Below are positions 17,276 to 25,414 of a stretch of 26,651 bases of DNA, in pieces. The notes under the pieces are model-generated. The model made no database searches. It saw only the letters and a list, made by a program, of their open reading frames with translations, and was not told where the DNA came from. Both the position numbers and the translations under genes were made by a program. This DNA is from Candidatus Helarchaeota archaeon (GTDB lineage: Archaea > Asgardarchaeota > Lokiarchaeia > Helarchaeales > RDOG01). Every line of letters begins with the position of its first letter. Position 1 is the stretch's first letter. The stretch spans positions 1 to 26,651 of the forward strand of contig JALGVI010000041.1 in the NCBI GenBank assembly GCA_029838215.1, read 5' to 3'.

Positions 17276-19141
17276 ATGTCGAATGAAAAAACAACAAGAA
17301 AGCCGAAAAAAAAATCTGTTAAGATAACAAAGAGAATAACTAAAGATGGGGAAATCTTTCAAGCATTCGATTCTCGACTAACATCTTGCATTGAAGAAAA
17401 TGATTTCTTGACAAGTTACGAATTGATAAATGAAGCCAAGGAATTCGTCGATGCAGGCAAATTAACAAAAAAATCTCTTAACCTATTACGATCATTTTAT
17501 GAAAAGAAAATAGAGAAAAAATTAGAAGAACTCGGCTTCGTTGACGTCTCAAATAAAATTCTTTCAACGACTTTTTACTGCATGACACAAAGCTGTAATT
17601 TAGCACTCCGAGGTCCACCCGGAGTTGGAAAATCCTTTTTTGCCAAATCAGTCCTGCCTCATTTATGGGTTCAGGATGGAGAACTCCCAACAGTCATGAC
17701 AATTCAACCCGATCGTAACATGGATGTGGCAAGTCTCATCGTTGAAAAAGGTCTGAAAGAAGGTTCGACTGTTCCTGAAAAAGGACAAATTCATGATGCA
17801 ATGACCAAGGCAAATGATGGTAAACGGGTTATCTTGGTCTTAGAAGAAATAAATCAGTGGCCACCGAAAGTCCTTAAGGATTTAAACGATTTTCTTCAAG
17901 AACGTCGGATTGAAAAGAAAATTTCCGAGATGGACATCATTCTCGAATGTCCTAAAGAAAATTTATTGGTGATTGCGAATTACAATCCAGAAGGAGAAAC
18001 ATTGGGAGAGGATGAGACGGGTAGCGTTTCTTCACGCTTCATATTCTGTGACTTACAATTTCCTTCACGCGAAGACATTCAAAAAATTATTGCTCTTAAT
18101 ATCAACGAACGAGAATTTCGCCCTTTACGTGTTGGATTCGAAAGAAAAAAAGTATGCACGAAACAATTCTTGCGAGCAATGTCCGATGTTTGTTATTCCA
18201 TCAGGAGTGCAATACAACAGGGAGACCTAGGAATGATGGCAATGCAATTAGGCACGCGACATATTATTAATTTTTCAAGGGCTCTTTTCGAAAATAATAC
18301 GATTACGGAAGCCATCATGAAGACATTGGTCGATCCAATCTTGGAAAAATATGTAAGAGAAGGAATCAAGGCAAATGTGGAACCAAAAATATATGAAGAT
18401 TATGTTAGAACAATTTTCAAGGCAGTGAAACAAGTTCTCGGAACAAAGGAACCGATAAATGAAAAAAGCCTGAAGTCCTTAAAAAAAGGATTAGATATAA
18501 CGGCAAGTGAATTATTTAAGTTGAGATCTCAGGAAGCATTCATCATTGATTTGAATGAAACTCCTAAAAACAAGTCTTCTGCAAAGATTGAGAAGGTAAA
18601 AAAGAAAGTTGCAAAAACAGCTAAACGGAAAGTTAGGAAGAAACCCATTACTAAAGAATTGGAAGAATTAGGAATTGACGTGTCCAAACGGTCACAAAAA
18701 CAGGAGAAACCTGAAAAGGAAGATGCACGCGATCCACTCATTCAGTCTATTGATAAACACTTGAAACCGAGATTAAAAACTGGAAAGAAAAAGGAGGTTC
18801 AAGAGGAAAAGATCACCGAAAAGGTCGAACACGAAAAAAAGAGCACCACGGAAAAGAAAGTAACACGTTCAAAGACCGTTGGTGGGTTAATTTGTCCAAA
18901 GTGCGGTGAAGAAATGAAAATAGTCGTGAATAAAAAAAGAACCTTAGTCTGTCAAAAATGCATGAAACTGATAGAACTTCCAATTTTTGGTGATATTAAC
19001 GTGACGGACAAGATCTGTAAAAAGCATGGTTATGGGATTTTTGAAATTGACTACGAGAAATCGGATCCGTATTGCATATGTCCGGAGTGCTTTGACAGAA
19101 AACATAAAACCTGTAATGTATGTGATGAAGACTGTATATAG
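17276..19141 (+). CDS. MoxR/CbbQ-type AAA+ ATPase with charged linker and C-terminal Zn fingers
   Basis: Walker A GPPGVGKS, Walker B LVLEEIN, sensor-I IANYN, Arg-finger SSRF and GTRH. C-terminal CPKC/CQKC and CKKH/CICPEC/CNVC. Adjacent to a vWA gene, as is typical of MoxR proteins. Confidence 0.85.
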   Translation: MSNEKTTRKPKKKSVKITKRITKDGEIFQAFDSRLTSCIEENDFLTSYELINEAKEFVDAGKLTKKSLNLLRSFYEKKIEKKLEELGFVDVSNKILSTTFYCMTQSCNLALRGPPGVGKSFFAKSVLPHLWVQDGELPTVMTIQPDRNMDVASLIVEKGLKEGSTVPEKGQIHDAMTKANDGKRVILVLEEINQWPPKVLKDLNDFLQERRIEKKISEMDIILECPKENLLVIANYNPEGETLGEDETGSVSSRFIFCDLQFPSREDIQKIIALNINEREFRPLRVGFERKKVCTKQFLRAMSDVCYSIRSAIQQGDLGMMAMQLGTRHIINFSRALFENNTITEAIMKTLVDPILEKYVREGIKANVEPKIYEDYVRTIFKAVKQVLGTKEPINEKSLKSLKKGLDITASELFKLRSQEAFIIDLNETPKNKSSAKIEKVKKKVAKTAKRKVRKKPITKELEELGIDVSKRSQKQEKPEKEDARDPLIQSIDKHLKPRLKTGKKKEVQEEKITEKVEHEKKSTTEKKVTRSKTVGGLICPKCGEEMKIVVNKKRTLVCQKCMKLIELPIFGDINVTDKICKKHGYGIFEIDYEKSDPYCICPECFDRKHKTCNVCDEDCI

Positions 19142-19203
19142 GGGGAGATATTTCGCAAACAATCAGTTCAGATCCTTTAATTGGACCCGCATCGTATGAT
19201 GAA

Positions 19204-21501
19204 TTGAAAAAAACAATTGCCATTTGCTCTCAAAATCCCCGGATCGAATTGCAATTTTGTAAAAATGGTTACTACACGGATGGAGAAACAATATTTCTAA
19301 GTCCTCCTCCAACAGAAGTAAAACAAGTGAAAAGATGGATTCTTCTCGAATCTTGTGCAATTCATGAGGCCTGGCATGTTCTATTTCAATCAGATTTTGA
19401 TTTATTGAAAGAATTCATAGAAAAATACGAAAAAAAATACAAAGCAAGGATACCTGACATTGGGAATATTGCCAAGGACATCGTAAACATCATTGAGGAT
19501 GGGAGGATCGAGAACCTGGGTAAAAAACGATTTCAGGGAAATAAAAATACGATAGATTATTCAAATAGCTACTGGCTAACAAAACGTCCATCTTTTAAGA
19601 ACATGTCAGACTGGAGAATTTTTTTAGAGGCAATTCTTGAAGTGTCAATAACAGGAGGGATAAAAGAACGAATTCCTGATGGAGATCTCAAGCGACTCAT
19701 TCAAGCAGCAAGTTTCTATATCTATTGGGCGAAAGAAAGGTTAGATCCAACAGCAACATTTAAAGCTGCAGATAAGATAATGACGTTATTATTGGACTTC
19801 TTCGATTTGGAAGAACCATATTGCGCAGAAACAAAATTGCATCCATCACTAAAATCAAAAGATTCAGATTCCAGCACTGAAGAAAGTTCAGGCACGGCAA
19901 CACCACCTCCGTTACCATCAGAATTAGAACAAGAATTGGATACAATTAAAAAGAAAAGAGAAAAAACTGGAAAAAAAAGTTCCAAATCGACTACAAAGAA
20001 TTCAAAACACGCATCAGAGACGGATAATAAGTCAGGAAAAATGAATGATGTTGATGATAAACTAAAGGGCTTAAATGGAAATCCTGACGTGACGGATAAT
20101 TTAAAGACTAAGAAGGATAAGCCGGAAGATTTTGGAGGTACTAGTCATGAGTCAGAAAATGATGACGACTTCGATAGAGGCTCAGGAGACACTGATGAAA
20201 AGAAAAGTCCTGAAATAAAAAAATCCCCCTCAAAAACCAAGTCCAAATCGAAATCAAAAGCAAATAGAAAAGAAAATCATTCAAAAAACGGGCCTGAAAG
20301 TACATCAAAACACGGCACGAACCATGAAACCAGTCATGATGACATACCGATCATTTCAAGCATGGACCTCGATCCATTTAAACAAAACCTGCTTGATGAG
20401 GCTTCACTAAGAATAAAGATAGAAGATATTTCAAAACGGAACATCCGTTTAATTAATGAAAAAGAAATAGAACACAAGTTGAATGCATTTATCGCAGATC
20501 TCAAGCGAAAAAAGATTTTCAGCAGGGTATTCAAGACAGAAACACAGGATGTTGGAGTTGAAATTCCAATCATTGCAGGACCCAAGAGTCAACATGTCTT
20601 TAATGGTATCAAAAAGTCCATTCAGAAGATCATTCAGGTCACGATCAACCAATTTAAATCACTATTCAAATTTGGGATGAAAAGTTCCAGTCAATTAAAA
20701 TCAGGGAGACTAGATGTTAAACAGGTAGTCCGAGGAATCGTTCGACAAGATCCGCATGTCTTCAAGAAGAAAGTTCTGGAAAATAGCCGGGACGAAATTG
20801 CCATTTCATTATTGATAGATCAAAGCGGTAGCATGTCCGGTTCAAAGATAAAAAATGCTCGGAAAGCAGCAATCTTGTTTAGTGAAGTTTTAAGTGCATT
20901 GAGCATTTCGTTTTCAGTATATGGATGGACGGATATTGAATTTCTACAAAATCATCGCTTGAAATCTATTTTTGGAACTCGATTAAATGCTTTGCATAGA
21001 AAAAACGTGCCCCAGGGAATTAACAGGGAATTCTTTACAATTTTTCGTTATAAAGACTTCAAAGAAGAGTATTCTGAAACGGCTTTTAGGTTAGCAGAAA
21101 TTAAAGCATTTGCAGATAATTCAGACCACAACGCCATAAATTTTGCAGCAGAACAGCTTCTCAAGACGAAAAAACGGTTAAAAATTCTCTTTGTTATTAG
21201 CGACGGACAGCCGGCTGCTTTAGTATATGAATATAAAGCAGAAGAGATTTGTCGTTCCCAAAGTATTTGGGTAGAGCCAGGTAATGTCGGTCTTAATCTC
21301 ACTCGCCAAGCCGTAGAAGCGGCACGGTCAAAAGGAATCCAAGTCATATGCTTGAGCATTGATGAATGTCAAAATTATCAAGAAGAAATCTATGGGAAGA
21401 ATAATTACATAATTTTACCTCCCAGAAGAATTTCGGAATTACCAAACAAAATGGCAAACATCTTGCGACTACTATTAAGACAAGCAGGTTTCAAGTTGTG
21501 A
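19204..21501 (+). CDS. vWA-domain protein (CobT/NorD/CbbO-like) with N-terminal HExxH domain
   Basis: HEAWH at 19363 and NIIEDGRIE; S/K/D-rich linker; MIDAS DQSGS at 20818 and SDGQP at about 21199. The true start may lie upstream of TTG 19204. Confidence 0.85.
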   Translation: MKKTIAICSQNPRIELQFCKNGYYTDGETIFLSPPPTEVKQVKRWILLESCAIHEAWHVLFQSDFDLLKEFIEKYEKKYKARIPDIGNIAKDIVNIIEDGRIENLGKKRFQGNKNTIDYSNSYWLTKRPSFKNMSDWRIFLEAILEVSITGGIKERIPDGDLKRLIQAASFYIYWAKERLDPTATFKAADKIMTLLLDFFDLEEPYCAETKLHPSLKSKDSDSSTEESSGTATPPPLPSELEQELDTIKKKREKTGKKSSKSTTKNSKHASETDNKSGKMNDVDDKLKGLNGNPDVTDNLKTKKDKPEDFGGTSHESENDDDFDRGSGDTDEKKSPEIKKSPSKTKSKSKSKANRKENHSKNGPESTSKHGTNHETSHDDIPIISSMDLDPFKQNLLDEASLRIKIEDISKRNIRLINEKEIEHKLNAFIADLKRKKIFSRVFKTETQDVGVEIPIIAGPKSQHVFNGIKKSIQKIIQVTINQFKSLFKFGMKSSSQLKSGRLDVKQVVRGIVRQDPHVFKKKVLENSRDEIAISLLIDQSGSMSGSKIKNARKAAILFSEVLSALSISFSVYGWTDIEFLQNHRLKSIFGTRLNALHRKNVPQGINREFFTIFRYKDFKEEYSETAFRLAEIKAFADNSDHNAINFAAEQLLKTKKRLKILFVISDGQPAALVYEYKAEEICRSQSIWVEPGNVGLNLTRQAVEAARSKGIQVICLSIDECQNYQEEIYGKNNYIILPPRRISELPNKMANILRLLLRQAGFKL

Positions 21502-22559
21502 AAGAGGGAATGATCATGAAAGACGATGAAATCACGAAAATTTTTTCCGAACTTGATGAAATCTCAGACTCTGGAAGCAAAAAACCAGAAAAAATGATAC
21601 CTCGATCAGTTCAGAAAAAAATCATTAATGATAAAGAAGATGATAAGCACGAAGAGTTAGCCGAAGACGAAGAAATAAAATTAACCAAGAATGATGATGC
21701 TTTCAAGCCAATAAAAGCAAATATCTCCAACAAGTCGGCATTACCACTCTGTGCAATAGATACATCATCAATGTTAGTGGGAGAAACCAACATGGGAATC
21801 ATTTCTGCAGTTCGTGGTTCAATCGTGGTCATTGAGAAACAGATAAAAGTCGAGCAGTTCGGACCTTACGTTCTCCATTTTACAGAAAAGAACAAACAAG
21901 CATGCTATGATTTTTTCCAGCAAAAAATTTTCAACATTAAAAATAAAAGAAAGTCACCAAAATTACAAAAAATGACAGATCGGTTTCGAAATTTCCTCGA
22001 ACGAATCCTGCAAAAATATGCTTGCACGACAATTTCAGGTGGTTTGGTTTTTTTCGATGGTTCGCTAACTGCAGGAACCGTTGACACGCCTAAACAGATG
22101 CTTGAAAACATAATCACGACAGCAAAAAAGAGGAAAAATAACATAATATCAATCTCAAAACGGTCTTGGATTAAACTTTCAAATGGAGATAAAGTGATTG
22201 ACGTTCTAGATCGAAAATTTTATCCATGTTATGTAAAAATTCACGATTATCTTTCACCAATGAATAAATCTCGCGTGTTGGGAACAGTATTTGCTTGCCG
22301 CTTTTCGCATCGAGGTTTTACTTTCAGGACTGATGTGAATTCTCATGTTCCTAGCAAGGAAGAGCAAGCACTTAAAAACGTGTATCAATGCGTTGATTTT
22401 TATAAAGGTTATCCGAATGTGTTGAGACTCGCTCACATGCATTGTTATTTCACGAAATATGAGCTTCTAGCCATGCAAACGTATTCATTACAAAAATATG
22501 GAATGCGAGTATATCAAGATTATGATATAAGAAACCAAATTCTTTCACCATTTAGTTAG
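21498..22559 (+). CDS. NurA-family nuclease (copy 2)
   Basis: CAIDTSS, RNFLE, FFDGSL, SISKRS and GYPNVLRLAH motifs; acidic N-terminal extension. The start may be ATG 21516 after a gaggg RBS. Confidence 0.8.
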   Translation: MKEGMIMKDDEITKIFSELDEISDSGSKKPEKMIPRSVQKKIINDKEDDKHEELAEDEEIKLTKNDDAFKPIKANISNKSALPLCAIDTSSMLVGETNMGIISAVRGSIVVIEKQIKVEQFGPYVLHFTEKNKQACYDFFQQKIFNIKNKRKSPKLQKMTDRFRNFLERILQKYACTTISGGLVFFDGSLTAGTVDTPKQMLENIITTAKKRKNNIISISKRSWIKLSNGDKVIDVLDRKFYPCYVKIHDYLSPMNKSRVLGTVFACRFSHRGFTFRTDVNSHVPSKEEQALKNVYQCVDFYKGYPNVLRLAHMHCYFTKYELLAMQTYSLQKYGMRVYQDYDIRNQILSPFS

Positions 22560-22571
22560 AAGGGTTGAAAA

Positions 22572-24134
22572 ATGGAAATATTTGATAAAAAAGGAAACGA
22601 ATTAATCCTGATCTATGATCCCGTTCAGGAAAAAGACCCTGAAGTGGGAACTAATTTTCTCGTCTTCGATTCAGTTACCCAGCGGGGACTACTTGTATTT
22701 ATAATCGAACAAAATCTCGTCAACGTTCCGGGCATTTTGGAGGAATTGGTTCGAACAGTCGGCTTTGGAAAAGTCGTCACGACAACGCACGTCCCACCAG
22801 AATTGGGAACGTATCTAATAGATGTCAAAAACATGAAATTTGCCCGTGCAAAAATCATCAAGGAGATTAATCTCAATAAGGATAATCCCGACAAGTCGAA
22901 AATAACAAATTGGACAGGGTGGATTCCAACAAGAAATGTGCAAATTAAAAAATTGGACGATAAAACATTAATTCCATGGCTCGAATTTTCTAACAAATAC
23001 TTGATGACTGTCGGAGTCACCAGAATCGATAAACATCCATTCAAGGTTAATGCGGGGTATTTTCAGGGCATTCTTTTGGTTGTTGGTAAAAAAGGATCTG
23101 GGAAATCTCATTTAGTTAAGATAATAACTTTGGAGATCTGTGATCATGGTGGGAAATTTCTGATTTTTGACATCAATAATGAATATGCTAGTCTGGGAAA
23201 GGATCCAGCAGGTAAGCCAAACAAGTATTATAATTGCATTTTGAACTTCACGCCAGGTGATGATTTAAAATTCACGCTCGAGTATGTTGGACTTCCTGTA
23301 TTCACTCAAATTTTATTTCTAACAGGCATTGATGAAACGCGGCCTCAGTATGGTAGTTTCAGGAGCATTTGGCTGGAATTGGAAAACGCCGGCACTTTAA
23401 ATACTACGACTCTTCGTGATGAGATTCAAACACGATTAGTTCAGAGTGGACAGAGCATTAGTCAGAATATCGGGCATGCACTGCTACGGCGGCTGAAATT
23501 GATCTTTGACACGGGACTGTTCACGGACCATCCAGCATCAGCCGTCCGGCTTGAAAAGGAATTTAAGAATATAAAAAAAGGAGGAGCAATAGTCATCAAC
23601 CTAAAAGGAACGGAGAAGCTGGTTCGAGACATTGTTGTCCGCACGATGCTCGAAAAAGTAAGTAAAATTTTAGAAGATCCCAAAGCGGAACCATTATTCT
23701 TGCTTGCTGAAGAATCACAGCTTTATTTTGAAGAGCGAGTCTTTGAAAATCTCATCACCAGAATGCGCCATCTCGGTCTTTATCAAATCTATGTGACCAA
23801 CACGCCAACAGCATTACGGGACATCGTCATTCGACAAACGGATAACATTTTCTTGTTTCGTTTAAGTAGTGAAAATGACGTACGTCATTTGATTGCGGCA
23901 ATTCGACTTGATCGCGAAGCAATCTTTGCTTTGACAAACTCACTTCCTTTTCGAACCTGTTTAGCAATCGGCACGTGCACGAATGAATATCCTTTTCTCG
24001 TTGAGCCAAGAGAACTTGATGTTCTGGCATCTGGTAAAACACGACTATTATTCCCAGATTATAAAGAAATCGATGATGAAGAAGAAGATGAATACGACGA
24101 GGATGATGATGACGATACGAAATTGCAAGCATAA
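22572..24134 (+). CDS. HerA-like DUF87 ATPase (copy 2) with acidic C-terminal tail
   Basis: Walker A GKKGSGKS, IFDINNEY, Walker B LLAEESQ, TRMRHLG, TNTP, RQTDN; tail EIDDEEEDEYDEDDDDD. Confidence 0.85.
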   Translation: MEIFDKKGNELILIYDPVQEKDPEVGTNFLVFDSVTQRGLLVFIIEQNLVNVPGILEELVRTVGFGKVVTTTHVPPELGTYLIDVKNMKFARAKIIKEINLNKDNPDKSKITNWTGWIPTRNVQIKKLDDKTLIPWLEFSNKYLMTVGVTRIDKHPFKVNAGYFQGILLVVGKKGSGKSHLVKIITLEICDHGGKFLIFDINNEYASLGKDPAGKPNKYYNCILNFTPGDDLKFTLEYVGLPVFTQILFLTGIDETRPQYGSFRSIWLELENAGTLNTTTLRDEIQTRLVQSGQSISQNIGHALLRRLKLIFDTGLFTDHPASAVRLEKEFKNIKKGGAIVINLKGTEKLVRDIVVRTMLEKVSKILEDPKAEPLFLLAEESQLYFEERVFENLITRMRHLGLYQIYVTNTPTALRDIVIRQTDNIFLFRLSSENDVRHLIAAIRLDREAIFALTNSLPFRTCLAIGTCTNEYPFLVEPRELDVLASGKTRLLFPDYKEIDDEEEDEYDEDDDDDTKLQA

Positions 24135-24190
24135 TTTTTATAAAAGATCAAGACCGAAATGATTTTAACAAAATTATCAAGGGGAGAAAA

Positions 24191-25327
24191 ATGCGTGGTG
24201 TTTTTAAAGTAGATTCTGTAGCAGATCTCGTAATGAAATGTCTGAAAAGTGATTCTCAAGATATTTCTGAAAAAGAAAAAGTCTTGTTAATTGACATGGC
24301 TCAGGACATATATGATGAATATCCTGAAGTCATAGAAGAAAATGAACTCTCAAGCGAATCTCCAAATGAATGGTCTATAAATGACGTGAAGACTATTTTC
24401 AATCAGATAGAACGAAATCTTTCTAATATTAATGATGATATCCTGAAAAAAATCGGTGACCAAGTCCGAATCTTTGAATCCGATAATATCTTATTTAAAA
24501 ATTATATGGTACTTTCCAAGGTTTTTTCATCTGGAGACTCACTTAGCAAGAAGAAATGTCGTTTTTGGGAAGAATTTTTTGCCTATAACCATGCTTCAAG
24601 AGAAATTGGTTTTTTTGAAGATTCTACGATAGATTCTGCGATCCAACCAGCGGGCAAGATAAAACCAGAGACTTCATTATTAAATCAGACAGTTGACATA
24701 AAGATTTTTAGCATATATGCGTGGAAATACCCAGGCATTTTCGGTAAAAAATATGAAGTCTTATTTAATTATGATATTTTACATGAATTAACAAATGGCA
24801 AGACAGAAAAGATCAACTTCAATCAAAAATATGATTTGAAAAAACGAAGTTTTGCAAGTATCAAGGGCAAGTATATCTTGAAAAATCTCAAAGTTACAGA
24901 TAGAGGAATTAACGTATATATCAAGACCATTAACGTGCAGAATAAAGATGATACGAGAATACTTGAACTCCTTAACTCTGATGCAGTAAATAATGGTGTT
25001 GAACTACTATCGACTTTTCAACCGGTCATCAAACCATTTATTGCTATCGGAAAGAAAATTCTGGAACAGATTAATAAAAGCAACAAAAATCGAATCGTTC
25101 AAGAAATCGACATGTCTCTTGATTTAAACCAGACAGCAGCAGGACCAAAACTTCGCGAAGGAAATTACATCATCGTTCAATATCCATCAGGTTCAAATTG
25201 TCGAGAACCATGGGATTGGTCAAAATGGAAATGGAATAGCCAATATGAAACTCCCATGGGTCCAAATAATTCCCGTATCGAGTGGAATTATATCATATTT
25301 TCAGTAGTAAGATCCCCTACAAGATAA
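24191..25327 (+). CDS. Hypothetical protein (helical N-terminus, beta-rich aromatic C-terminal domain)
   Basis: 378-aa ORF with RBS aggggag; last co-oriented gene of the cluster; no family confidently recognised. Confidence 0.7.
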   Translation: MRGVFKVDSVADLVMKCLKSDSQDISEKEKVLLIDMAQDIYDEYPEVIEENELSSESPNEWSINDVKTIFNQIERNLSNINDDILKKIGDQVRIFESDNILFKNYMVLSKVFSSGDSLSKKKCRFWEEFFAYNHASREIGFFEDSTIDSAIQPAGKIKPETSLLNQTVDIKIFSIYAWKYPGIFGKKYEVLFNYDILHELTNGKTEKINFNQKYDLKKRSFASIKGKYILKNLKVTDRGINVYIKTINVQNKDDTRILELLNSDAVNNGVELLSTFQPVIKPFIAIGKKILEQINKSNKNRIVQEIDMSLDLNQTAAGPKLREGNYIIVQYPSGSNCREPWDWSKWKWNSQYETPMGPNNSRIEWNYIIFSVVRSPTR

Positions 25328-25347
25328 CCAGTGGAAGATTTCTTTTA

Positions 25348-25395
25348 TAAATAAGATTTGAAGTGAGATTGACTTTCTATCAAATATCTTATTTA
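25348..25395. terminator. Imperfect inverted repeat between convergent genes, possible bidirectional terminator
   Basis: taaataagatttga (about 25348-25361) pairs with tcaaatatcttattta (25380-25395) with a 2-nt bulge; flanked by T/A tracts. Confidence 0.35.
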
Positions 25396-25414
25396 AAAAA
25401 TAGGAATTTTGGTT

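Noticed and set aside
17276-21501. Calling the AAA+/vWA pair cobaltochelatase CobS/CobT
   Set aside because: No cobN or other cobalamin genes nearby, and the Zn-finger extension and DNA-repair context argue against assigning that function from family resemblance alone.
24060-24125. gat/gaa trinucleotide run as a microsatellite
   Set aside because: It encodes the Asp/Glu tail of HerA2 with mixed codons and is not a pure repeat.
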